A stretch of 63,751 nucleotides of DNA, the filler included, from Vannella sp. (taxonomy: Eukaryota): assembly GCA_023345925.1 (NCBI GenBank). It is 7 parts of 7 records of this genome, joined end to end, with 100 filler letters (N's around TTAATTAATTAA, not from the genome) between each part and the next. Parts side by side here need not be neighbours in the genome. Positions count along the whole stretch, not along the records: positions 17,110 to 26,665 come from JAJQQN010000361.1; positions 26,766 to 42,143 come from JAJQQN010000684.1; 5 more parts are not named here. One strand, 5' to 3'. Numbering within the stretch: the stretch's first letter is position 1; each line of letters starts with the position of its first letter. Both the position numbers and the translations under genes were made by a program. Under the pieces are notes generated by a model. The model was not told where the DNA came from. It made no database searches and was given only the letters and a program-made list of their open reading frames with translations. Positions 20,884 through 31,935 of the stretch are shown here, in pieces.

Positions 20884-23040
20884 ATGCTGCGGCGGGGAGC
20901 AGGGGTTGGGTGCGGACGGGTTTGGTGGAGAATTGGCGCATCTGTGGCGACATTTGGGGATGATCGAGTGGAAAGGAAGGGTGTGTTGGTTCCTAGGAAG
21001 CCAACTGGCTATTGGGATGACGAAGGACATCAATACCAGTTCATGGAGGAGTTCCGGAAGAGCATGAACGTGCGAAATGAGGCAGATTGGGACAGAGTAT
21101 GCAAGAAAGATCTTCTAGAGTATGGGGGAAGACAGCTCATCACCAAGCATCGGACTCTGCTCGGTATACTTCGCGCAGTGTACCCAAACTCGCTTTGGAC
21201 GCCTTTCACAGTGCCCTCACTCACTCCTGCCGAGGATTGGAGTGACCATGACGTACAAAGAGAGTTTCTCTATACCGTATCCGCAAAAGAGGGACTCCGA
21301 TCTCCTCTGGAGTTAACGGAACGTCAAATCTTCGCCCACCGAGGATGGAGGTTGGTTCGAGGCCGCAAGTTAAGGACCGAGTGGATACTCCGACTGATGC
21401 CAGAGCTTGACATTGAGATAGATTACTGGCGCGAGATAGAGCACCAAAGAGAGCTGCTGACTCAGATTGGAGAACGACTGGGAATGAAATCTATCTCCAG
21501 CTGGGCTTCTCTCAGGCGTTCTCAGCTAAGTCAAGAGGGAGGAGACTTACTCCTTTATATCTACAAAGGAAATTATCGACTGCTCTTGCAAACTGTGTTC
21601 CCAAAGGAGAACTGGAAAATGATTTTCCGAAACTCCTTTCCACTTTCGTTACCAGAACAACGAGCAGTCCTCCAACAAGTAGCAGGAAAAGCTAATATTA
21701 GCCATCCGAGTGACTGGGCGAAATTCACTCTCGCCAGTCTGAGGAAACTGGGGGCCGACGAAGTGTCATTGCAGTACGACGGGCTCTTTCAGATGCTCAC
21801 TAGTGTCTTTCCAGAGACCAGCTGGAACGAATTCGACTTTCGATTGGACCAATTACCAAAAGGGCATTGGGACCAACTCGATACGCAGCGCCGGTTTCTC
21901 GAATACGTTGCAAAAAAGGAAAACTATTTCCATCCAGAGGATTGGCAGAGAGCTGATCTAAATACCATTCGTTCACATGGAGGAAGCATGCTTATTCGGA
22001 CGTATAGAAGTATTCCTCAAATGCTGCAGACTTTACTTCCAGAAGAAGACTGGACAAGTCATTTGAAGAGATTCCCTCGCAATCACTTGAAGGATCCTTC
22101 TCAAGCCCGAGAACTCTTCAATAGGTTGATGAGAGATCTTGAAATAACGAATCCTCGCGATTTATTGTTTGTGAGGCAAGAGGAATTGATTTCTCGAGGT
22201 GCCGGAAGTATCATTCCCACTTTATTCCAGTCGCTCCAAGCTGCTTTTCCAGAAGTCGGCCTGGTTTTGAACATTCAAGAGCAACAGGAAGCTCTTGACA
22301 ACATTGGCCAGAGACTTGGAGTGGCCCAACCGACAGATTGGTTGGATATTCCTACAGCTTCTCTACGAGAGGCTGGAGGGGGAGTTATACTCAACCTTTA
22401 TCCCTCTTTCCATGAAATGCTTGAAAGCATTTATCCGCAGCAAGCCTGGAACTTTGTATCAGCGAAGAGAAAAGTACCTGCCAACTATTGGGATGACTGG
22501 AATCGGATATCTAGCTTCCTGAAACAAATCGAAGCCCAATACGAAGTCAAAGAGATGAAAGACTGGTACCGTATCTCAAATCCACAAATAGCCAAGGCAG
22601 GAGGCTCAGCAATGCTCTCAAGATACAAGCTTTTCGACCTTCTCCAGAAGCTCTACCCTGACTATGCTTGGGACGAAGAGGCTATCACACGGAGAGACAA
22701 GAGATCTGCTCAGAGGTGGCTCTTCTTATGCGTTCAAAAGCTCTTCCCAGGGCAGGAAGTGGTCGAAGAGCATCAACCCACTTCCAAGATTCCTGGCGGC
22801 GGGACTGTGAAGGAGTTAGACATCTTCTTACCCGAAAGCAGAATCGCTTTCGAGTACCAAGGCGAGCACCATTACCGAGAGATCCCTGCCTTTGGCCCAC
22901 TGGAACTGTATCGCCAGCGGGATGAGGAAAAGGCTCTTTGGTGCCAGGCACAGAATATCACCCTCGTCCCCGTCCCTTATTGGTGGGATGGCACTTTAGA
23001 GCAGCTCACATCATTAATGACCTCCACCACGAACCCGTAG
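20884..23040 (+). CDS. Helical-repeat protein (8 x ~70 aa) with C-terminal PD-(D/E)XK/RAP/DUF559-like domain; putative mitochondrial presequence
   Basis: Repeat consensus PxxxWxxxxxQRxFL...xxDW...GGxxL...L...xPxxxW; C-terminus ELDIFLPESRIAFEYQGEHHY...RDEEK...ITLVPVPYWW; Arg-rich, acid-free N-terminus. Confidence 0.75.
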   Translation: MLRRGAGVGCGRVWWRIGASVATFGDDRVERKGVLVPRKPTGYWDDEGHQYQFMEEFRKSMNVRNEADWDRVCKKDLLEYGGRQLITKHRTLLGILRAVYPNSLWTPFTVPSLTPAEDWSDHDVQREFLYTVSAKEGLRSPLELTERQIFAHRGWRLVRGRKLRTEWILRLMPELDIEIDYWREIEHQRELLTQIGERLGMKSISSWASLRRSQLSQEGGDLLLYIYKGNYRLLLQTVFPKENWKMIFRNSFPLSLPEQRAVLQQVAGKANISHPSDWAKFTLASLRKLGADEVSLQYDGLFQMLTSVFPETSWNEFDFRLDQLPKGHWDQLDTQRRFLEYVAKKENYFHPEDWQRADLNTIRSHGGSMLIRTYRSIPQMLQTLLPEEDWTSHLKRFPRNHLKDPSQARELFNRLMRDLEITNPRDLLFVRQEELISRGAGSIIPTLFQSLQAAFPEVGLVLNIQEQQEALDNIGQRLGVAQPTDWLDIPTASLREAGGGVILNLYPSFHEMLESIYPQQAWNFVSAKRKVPANYWDDWNRISSFLKQIEAQYEVKEMKDWYRISNPQIAKAGGSAMLSRYKLFDLLQKLYPDYAWDEEAITRRDKRSAQRWLFLCVQKLFPGQEVVEEHQPTSKIPGGGTVKELDIFLPESRIAFEYQGEHHYREIPAFGPLELYRQRDEEKALWCQAQNITLVPVPYWWDGTLEQLTSLMTSTTNP

Positions 23041-23194
23041 CATTCTGCAAATCAGCTTAAAATGAATGAGTTTGGTATTTTGGGGTCATTTTGGGATGGC
23101 CGGCTGTTATGGGTGGTCTGTGGGGGCGAATTCGAACCCCTCCGAGTTCACCTCGGTAGCTGTTAAGGTGCTGGTTCCCAAGATAGTCGTTAAG

Positions 23195-25953
23195 ATGTCT
23201 GCTCTGCCTTCGGGTGAGGATCTGGAGGTCCTTCTTAGGGAGTTCTGCCCGCTTGTGGATGATGACGGCAGCTTCCTCTCTCATGGAGGAGCTCCCACTC
23301 TACACTACATGCTTTTAGTTACACACTTTATATCGAGCGCTTGTGAGGCTAATGATAAGCACTACGAGGCCACGAAGATACCACTTTTCACTGTCCCAGT
23401 GGAGCGGGGACTCTCCTATCTCTTCTACGTCGTCCTCCTCCTTCTTCTCGATCACTCTTGGACTGAAGATGAGGTCTGGAGAGATCACATAACGAACCAG
23501 ATCGTGCCCCGCCTTGTGGCGATCAGTAACTCCCCGCGGACCTGCCATGTCTTCGCCAGCTCGCTCTCCTCTTGGTTCCAGGTTCTGATCTCCCTCAGCC
23601 TTCACCACGAGATAAGATCCTCACGCCAGAGTCAGTTGGAAGTGTCAGAAGAGTTTGATCCGCTTTCCTTTCGCCCAGAACAGCGCGAGTTGGACTTTCA
23701 ATCCCTTTTGGACCGCGAAGTGCGTCAGAGAAGCGTCCAAGTGAGCTTCGAAACACTCCTCGAATCTCTTAACGGAGAATCAGCGTCTCCCTCCTCTGCC
23801 ACAATAACGCCAGAGATCGCCAAGATGCTCCGCGCGCGTTGTGGAACACTTTTAAGTCTTCAGCTGTTACGGAAGGGCGGCATTGAAGCAGCCAGTTACT
23901 ACTTTATCAATTGCCGATCAGAATCCGTCAACCAAACGGTTGAAATGTGCTGCCACGTCATCTGCAAGAAGCCAATAGGAGTGTCCCTTTCCGAGTGGTT
24001 CCATCTCTATGCCGTCCAGCTGATTCCCTTTTTTGAAATGGACGAGCAAAGAAGAGCTGCTTGTACTGACTCAGTGGATCCCGATGGGTTATTTCCCAAA
24101 GTGGTTTGGGCTGTCACTTCAAAGCTGACTGAAATGCATCCTCTCTTGGCTGAGCAGCATATTCTGAGGGTGCTTTTGGAGCCTTTCTACTTTTGGCAAG
24201 GTCTATTGCCGCTAGTGTATGGCACTTTGTCTCAGGATGATGATGAGGAAGTGATTGTGGAAGAGAAAGAGATGTCCAAATGTATTGAAACTGTTTGGAG
24301 ACTCTTTGTCCTGGCTCACCCTTCCAGCGCTTTGTACAGCTGTTTGGCGCCAATATTTCCTGCACTCTTTCATCTCCATTGCTTCCTTAATAGCTCTGCT
24401 CTTCATCAACGCTCAAGAGTGAAAGAGACGGTTCTCACTTTTATTGAAAGTTCGTCCGAGGCAGGAGGCCTCCTGAAGGCGATCATAATGCCCCCACAGC
24501 GATTTTCTGAGCCTTTTTGGGCACGTAGTAGCCTTAAGTATGGTGCAGGAAGTTCCGGAGGAGTTTTATTGAAGCGGCAAAGCAGCGTTTCAGTCTTTGA
24601 TGCCTCTCGACAAGCAGAGTGCATTGTTTCTCTCCTGAAGGAATGCAAGGATAGCTCGCTACCTGGAGATCTCTTTGTTGATCTTATGCACGAGATGATG
24701 GCTATTCCTGAAGAGGAACGAGACGAAAGGTACTTGAATCTACTGCAGTATCTGGTTCAAATGCTAGAGGAGTTTGGGGAGAGCGTTTTAAAAGATATCG
24801 TCCAAGTTTGTATGTTCCTACAAGCTGCGCTTGCAAGCAAGGACGAGCACACACTTTCTATTTCCTTGGCCATCATCGCTGCTCTTCTGTCCGGTTCCAT
24901 TAAGCTTAAGGAAGAGGAGGTGGTCCTTATCTATGAGCTTGAGTCATCATTGGAAAGAGTAGAGCTGAGCAATCCCTCACTATCGGAGCTTGCAAGTGAC
25001 TTACGAGCCAAAATTCTGGTAAATGACAAAGCATCTTGGGTGTTTCAACCAAACACAATCCCAAAAGAAGGATCCAACAGCAGCTCTCACAAAGAAGAGA
25101 CTTTAGAACAAATATTGAACCATCTCAGTGACCCTTTGTTGCCAGTTCGTGGACATGGAGTCGTTGCACTTCGCCAACTGGTCTTAGCGAAGAACAAGGA
25201 AGCTGATGCCAACAGAGAGAAGATTTTGTCCATTTTCCGTCATCAATTGGATGACGACGATCTGTAAGACTTTCTTTTCTGGAGTGTTTAGAGTCTCATT
25301 GGATGTAGATATATCTATGGAGCAGCCATAGCCGGTCTAATGGCTTTGGGAGACATCTATCCTTCAGATATCATTCCACTGCTCTCAAAAGAAGCTCTGG
25401 ATTCTTCCAAACCAGTCGAAAGGCGTTTGAAAGTGAACGAAGCACTCTTAAAGATTGCTCAACGATGCGGAGAAACTCTTTCTTTCCACGGTGAGATGAA
25501 ATAGTCCTCCAGAAGCATGTCTAACATTCATTGTGCTCAGTGGGACCATTAGTTCACTGTTTCTTGGTATCCTGTAAAGACTCAGATCGCACAATACGGG
25601 CTAGCGGGCTCTCAAATGTTGCAGAACTTTGCAAAATGCTTCGTTTTGGTTTGAACTCTTTCTCGCAAGAGATAATCGAGTGCGTTGGGTCCATCTCACG
25701 CTTCGACAAGGAAGTCGAAGTGAAACGAGGGTGCATTTTTGTTATTTATTTGCTTCTCGTGGGATTGGGCGTGGAGGCCCTCCAGATCGTTCCTGAACAC
25801 TTTACAATGATTAAGGAAATCATCAACCGCTATCTGACTGATTCTGATGGAGTCACTTTCTTCCACGCTGAAAATGCCCGCGCTTCTCTTCGAGAGATTA
25901 TTTCTTATCAAACCCCGCAAGTGGACTCCATTCTCCACATTATAAAGCATTGA
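23195..25953 (+). CDS. TANGO6: TANGO6/Rtp1 armadillo-like protein (2 introns)
   Basis: LSDPLLPVRGHGVVALRQL, QLDDDDLYIY, IRASGLSNVAELC. Confidence 0.78.
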
Positions 25954-26057
25954 TGGAGCCCTTCAGGTCAGTTGCCCTTCTCTTTATAAAGGTCAAAGAT
26001 CCAATCCTCCATGATAAAGAGAAAATCCACGAGTGAAGGGGAAGAGGGGCAGAACTC

Positions 26058-26567
26058 GTGTTTGCGAAGCTTGCCCTGATGACCTCCTGCAGCTGGGGCG
26101 CCCAAGGTGATTATGATTCCCAGTTTCAGAGAATCAGTAACATCCCTCCCATGCTTACAGTTTCGTGCGGAAGCTCTCACACTCTCTCTCTGGATGAGAA
26201 CGGCAGAGTCTGGACCTGGGGATATGGTGTAGAAGGGCAATTAGGGACGGGCAACACTTCCAATCAGCACCAACCCGCTCTAGTCCCTTCACTAAAAGGA
26301 ATAAGCGCCCTGGTTGCTGGAGGGCACCATTCTTTGGTGTTCCCAGAAGAAGGAGGCCTGCTGGCCTTTGGATGGAACAAATACGGACAACTCGGACTCA
26401 AATCCAAGCGTAAGCGAACCTTTTTCGGACTGCGCAGCTCCACAAGGGCTAGCACTCGAACCACTCCCACGCGATCTTCTCTCGGTTGTTGGTCAACGCT
26501 GGATAGAGTAAGATGGTCGAAGGGATTCAGGTGGCTCGTTCGCGACCACGAGTCGGTCGATCAGTAA
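26058..26567 (+). pseudogene. RCC1-repeat fragment
   Basis: VSCGSSHTLSLDENGRVWTWGYGVEGQLG and AGGHHSLV...FGWNKYGQLG; only about 2 repeats, no good start, degenerates near contig end. Confidence 0.6.
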
Positions 26568-26665
26568 AGGGGTTCCAAAAATGAATCATTCTGGGAATTC
26601 TCTTCGCACTGAACTTCTCATTCGATGGGAGTGAGTTCTTGATGAACTCTCCTCCCTTGTCAGTC

Positions 26666-26765
26666 NNNNNNNNNNNNNNNNNNNNNNNNNNNNNNNNNNN
26701 NNNNNNNNNTTAATTAATTAANNNNNNNNNNNNNNNNNNNNNNNNNNNNNNNNNNNNNNNNNNNN
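26666..26765. other. Artificial contig linker
   Basis: N/TTAATTAATTAA/N. Confidence 0.98.
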
Positions 26766-27598
26766 AGGGCTTTGAGAAGATGGAATGATGATTCTTGTTG
26801 ATCATTTGGCATCTGTATTTCACCCCTCGCTCACCACATCCGTTGGGTACAAGGGGTAGGCCAGTGTTACTAAGAGATGCCATTTGCATCTTCAGGAGTA
26901 GGAAGTGGGTTGTGAATCATTGTCTGGAAGCCAAATTCGCTGGTTTAAAGTCTGCTGGAGAGATTTCCCACGATCGACTCTTGGCACTGGTCACCTCTTC
27001 TCAGTTCCAGAGTATCTCAGGAAAGATCAGCAGTTGGAGTCAAGTGCTTAGATTCATTGTTGGGTACACTGGTGGGCATTGGGCGTCTATTACCGACATA
27101 TTGAAAACCCTGGTAAACGATGTCAAATACAATACACCAACATGGCTAAGTAAGAAGGTTATGAGCAAACCTTGAATCTCAAAAAAACCCCGCTCTGTCA
27201 TTCTCAGGTTTCCGGGAACACGATCACTTGTTGTGACCGAGACCGAGCTGCCCTTCGGATGACAAATGGAGCATCTCCTGCATGCGTTTTTCACCCCAGC
27301 CGCACCTGCACCTGCATTGCCAGTCTGCTACAAGACCAAAATGAGGAAGGAACCACTGGAGAGGAGTAGATCAATCTATCACTCAGACTGCTGTGATAGG
27401 GAAGAGGCAACAATGTGAAGCGCCCTCCCAAATTGGGTTCTGGATAGCTGGAGTGGGTGACTCTGTGTTCCAACTAAAGCTAAGAACAGCTACCAGTAGA
27501 TGGCTCTCCCTGCATTACTTGGGATCTGAACGCTGATGGACTCTTTGGTGAGAGGAGCTTTATGGGCAAAAGGGAAAGGCGAAGCGAAGGAGGGTGGT

Positions 27599-29190
27599 TT
27601 AATCATCTTCGAGGATCACCTTACCGCTAGTGATCTTTCCCCAACCAATGAGGCGCCAATGTCGGTCGACACGGCGACTCAGAGCAATCTTCTCGCCCAC
27701 TTCTGCGCACACAGGAGACACAAGGACAATCTTAGCAGCGTCCTGCTTCACAGTAGCAACCTTCCCACCGATGGAAGTGGAGCCAATATTGAACATGAGC
27801 GCCTCAGCTTTCTCCAGTTTGTCCACTTTCGCTTGCTTGCCATCCGTCTTGACTCCCAAGAGCTTTCGCAGTAAGAAGAAGTTGATTTCAAGCTCTGTGA
27901 AGACATTAGGCAGCTCCTGACCCTGCAGGCCAATCACATGGCCCACCAATCGATCGGCCTTGCATAGGACAGGATCAATGTAGGTTCCCACTCCAATCAG
28001 TCCACCAGGCACAGCATACTTGAGGTCATTGGCCTCAGCAAACAGTGTGATGACCTGAGAAAGAATCGGTTCGCACTTGAACCTGTTCTCTCGCTTGACG
28101 ATACCGCCAGGTCGCACAACGATCTCATCGTTCACCTTGAGGACACCCTGAAGAACAGATCCACCAGCAACACCTCCCCGAAGACTGTCAACCTCTGTTC
28201 CAGGCTTGTTGACGTCAAACGAACGGATGATGATGAGACGAGGAGCACAAGTGAAGTTGCGCACTGGCACGGGGATCTTCTTCACGATGTACTCGCAGAT
28301 AGCATCCACATTGTAGCCCATCTGAGCCGAGATGGGGATGATGGGGGCCCCTTCAGCGACAGTGCCTTGCACGAACTTCTTGATCTGTTGGTGTTGCTCC
28401 AAAGCCGCAGACTCCTTCACGAGATCAATCTTGTTCTGGAGGATGAGGATGTGCTTCAACTGCATGATCTCAATGGCTGCCAAGTGCTCAGAAGTCTGTG
28501 GTTGAGGGCACGCCTCGTTACCAGCGATCAACAACATTGCGGCGTCCATTACAGCAGCTCCGTTGAGCATAGTAGCCATAAGAATGTCGTGTCCAGGACA
28601 ATCTACAAAGGACACATGACGGAGAAGATCCATACGACCAGTGCAGCCCTCTCGTGGACAAGGCGGGTTGTCCTCCTTGTTGGAGCTGAAAGCTCGGTAA
28701 CAACCAGGACGGGGGCAGTCTGGACTGGAACACTTGTAGATCTTTGCATTGGCATACCCAAGCTTGATGGTGATGTTACGTTCCAGCTCATTCTTGAAGC
28801 GAACAGTCTGAACACCAGAGATGGCCTTCACTACGGTTGATTTGCCTGTCCCAAGCGTGGTGAGTGGTAGCCCCAACGCAACAAATGATGATAAATGAGA
28901 CGGCTCTTCTCTGTGGAGACGAACTGCTACAGGAACAGGAAGGGAGAGGAAGTGGGAGACCTACCATGAGCGACATGGCCAATAGTGCCTGAGGAGGAGC
29001 CAGGTTAGTTCGACTTCGCATAACAGCAAAGGAGCTTACCGATGTTGATAGTAGCCTGACGAGAGATCACCTGGGGGGAAAGCGGGGTCAATTCCTCAGG
29101 GTTCAGCCCCTCCAACGTCTGAGGAGCCAAGTGCGAGGTATCAGTGGCCGAAAGATCGTCTACATTAAACGATGTGTATGATTCCTCCAT
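27599..29190 (-). CDS. EIF2S3: Translation initiation factor eIF2 gamma (2 introns)
   Basis: [19 protein letters not shown] after splicing, [24 protein letters not shown]. Confidence 0.97.
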
Positions 29191-29412
29191 GATCGCGGAA
29201 GCCTCGAACAGAAGAATGACTTCTCACCTTCCTTCTCGTCTTCTTGGTTTGACTTTGTCCCATAATCAATCGCTTTTCCCATTCATTTGTTCATTCCAAA
29301 GTCACCCAAGTTGTTTCTTTTAGATATATAATTAGAATCCCTGCTGTTTGTCGTGATGTGATTTGATGGAAGGGGCAAAGTTCCGTCACTTTGTTTCGGA
29401 CCTTTCGCTTTG

Positions 29413-30600
29413 ATGAGCTCATCGTTCAATGGAGTTGTGTCTTTGAGGACCAAAGAGGAGGTAATCGCGTTGATTGATTCGGTATCGCGTGTGGTGGGAG
29501 CTGGAAACATCTTCGAGGCGATGCGCAGTAACCCTCAAGCTTGGCGTCCGGTTTTGCAAGACATCATCGTCATTAGTAACTCTGCCGCCTCTTTCCAGGA
29601 GGTCTGCTTGGACCCTGAGGGTAAAGAGAGAACTTCTCTCATTGCCCAAAGTATGGACGCTTCCAAGCGAGCTCTCGGTCAGTTATTCCTTGGCTTGCAA
29701 GACGGGCGCTTCCCCACGGCCCAGGAACAGCAGGAGATCACCGCAGAGATGCAAAACGTCCTTTTTAAGATGGCAGAAGTGACAGATGAGATGGAGGAGG
29801 ACCAAGTGTACCGCATCAAGCGTGCGGCAAAGCTCGCCTTCCAACACGTCCTTGTTTTGAAGGAGACAACCTCGGACTACCGCTTAGACTCAAAGCTTGC
29901 TGATCTTCGCTTTGCAGTGTCCAGTCTCTTGCAGTGTCTTGACAACCGCCTTAATATCCTTCCTGATTCCCCTCTGAAGCAGGACATTTCCTACGCTCGT
30001 GATGATGTTCAGCATAGCTGTGAGCCTTACATTGGTGCAAGTCAACTATACATCGCACATCTTACCGCTCAGGCTCAAGAACAGCAAGTTCAAGCGCTCA
30101 CACCAATGGTTATGGGCATCAAACTCATCATTGACGTGATTGGAGACACTCTGCAGAAGGGCCAATGCGACTTCCGTGCGGGGCAGATCTTGGAGGATTT
30201 GGACAAGCTCTCCCAAGCTGTTCAGAGCGGTAATGCCGCTGAAGCGGCAGACTCGGCTCGACTTCTTGTGGAGGAGTTGAATAAGATGAAGCAGCGCTCT
30301 TCTTCCAATGACGATGACACAGACAACAGTGAGCTCAATGACTCGTGCAACCGCCTGAATGACATGACTCAACGGCTTCTTGCTGCCACTCGCAACGCTC
30401 TTTCTTCCCAGTCTACTGAAGCCAAGGATGCTCTGGCGGCAGAGATGATGAACGTCAAGCACGAGGTTGCGCACGTGGCCAAGGTAGAGCAAGCCAAGGC
30501 GGGAGGAAGTGACTTGCGCATGCAACTGCTCAAAGCGGCGCAGAACATGACGGTCGATATGGGCGACTTTGTCTCCTCTTTGGGTGTGGATGGTGTTTAA
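29413..30600 (+). CDS. Vinculin/talin-like helical-bundle protein
   Basis: All-helical amphipathic pattern, e.g. LDKLSQAVQSGNAAEAADSARLL, RMQLLKAAQNM. Confidence 0.5.
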   Translation: MSSSFNGVVSLRTKEEVIALIDSVSRVVGAGNIFEAMRSNPQAWRPVLQDIIVISNSAASFQEVCLDPEGKERTSLIAQSMDASKRALGQLFLGLQDGRFPTAQEQQEITAEMQNVLFKMAEVTDEMEEDQVYRIKRAAKLAFQHVLVLKETTSDYRLDSKLADLRFAVSSLLQCLDNRLNILPDSPLKQDISYARDDVQHSCEPYIGASQLYIAHLTAQAQEQQVQALTPMVMGIKLIIDVIGDTLQKGQCDFRAGQILEDLDKLSQAVQSGNAAEAADSARLLVEELNKMKQRSSSNDDDTDNSELNDSCNRLNDMTQRLLAATRNALSSQSTEAKDALAAEMMNVKHEVAHVAKVEQAKAGGSDLRMQLLKAAQNMTVDMGDFVSSLGVDGV

Positions 30601-30814
30601 GCTTACCATTATCTCATTCTCCTTCTATGGCATTGCCCTTTAAAGCCTTACACTTCACACAAACCATCCTTCCCCGCGTTTATCTGGAGGGAGGCCTCCA
30701 CAAAGCCCCGCCCGTGCTGTTTCAGAGCTCATCATCTGCTAGAGGCTAGTGAGAAGGCTGTGTGATGGTAGAGAAGGAGCCGAAGAGCTGTTCTTGTCAT
30801 TTCGTGGAGGCGGG

Positions 30815-31893
30815 ATGAGCAGGGAGGGCGACGGGACCCGTTTGTCGGGGTTTGGAGCAACGGTTGCTGGGACTACGGCGGGGGCTGTGACATGTATCAT
30901 ATTCCACCCATTGAGTGTTATGCAGACACGCTTTCAAGGTCTGTCCAGAGAGGGATCAGGAAGATCAGGTGCTGATCCGCCTTTTAGTGTCGTCAAAGGC
31001 CGGGCCCTCGGTCGTAGCATTTCAATACTCTTCTGTGAAGGACGCTCTACGTACAATGCTCCGCGAAGAGGGCTGGCAGTCCCTCTATCAGGGTCTATCA
31101 CCTGCTGTTCTAGGCAATGGGGTGTCTTGGGGTCTTTACTTCCTTTTGTAGGCTCTCCTATAGCCAGAAGAAGGCCCCTACTAACCTCCAACAGCTACAA
31201 TAATGCAAAGAAGCAGTGGGCTGCTCAATTAACAGATAGCGGGCAGGTCGCCTCACTGGGTCCTCTTGCTAACGCCGCCTGTGCAACTGTGGCAGGCTGG
31301 AGCACTTCCATATGTACAAATCCCATTTGGGTGATCAAGACACGCATGCAGATCCAAACCCGGAGCGGCACAGGAAACTATACGGGCCTCCTTCGTAAGT
31401 GCCAACTTCTCCTCTCCCACTGGAGATGGGATAGCTTATCAAGGCGGTCTTAGATGCCTTTCGCACTGTCTGGACAGAGGAGGGCATTCGGGGACTGTAT
31501 CGAGGGCTGGTCCCTTCATTCTTCGGAGTGACTCACGGCGCTATTCAGTTGCCTGTTTACGAGGAACTGAACAAACTAGCCTCTTCAAAGTATAATAACG
31601 GTGCGCCAGTCACATTCAAACAAAGCCTGGTGACTGGGGCACTCTCCAAGATCTGTGCATCGACAGTGACTTATCCCTATCAAGTAGTCAAATCTCGAAT
31701 GCAGATTCGCCCGTTGGTTCCTGGCGCGCCTCCTCCTTATAATGGTGTGCGTGATACCCTTGCGAAGACATGGCGCTACGAAGGAATTGCAGGATTCTAC
31801 CGCGGATGCTTCTTGAACCTTCTGCGAGTCACTCCCAACTCTGCAGTCACTTTGGCTTTGTACGAATTGATTGCCAAACAGTTCCGCTCGTAA
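30815..31893 (+). CDS. Mitochondrial folate/FAD/NAD carrier (SLC25A32-like), 3 introns
   Basis: HPLSVMQTRFQ, TNPIWVIKTRMQ, TYPYQVVKSRMQ, HGAIQLPVYE. Confidence 0.88.
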
Positions 31894-31935
31894 TCTGGTG
31901 TAATAGAACGCGCATTGGAGGTATATTGACTCTTT

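Noticed and set aside
26766..27500. 126-aa ORF with a YTGGHW motif at a contig start
   Set aside because: Too fragmentary to assign
28846..28964. 119-nt eIF2-gamma intron as a snoRNA host
   Set aside because: The C-box-like motif is on the antisense strand and has no D box or stem
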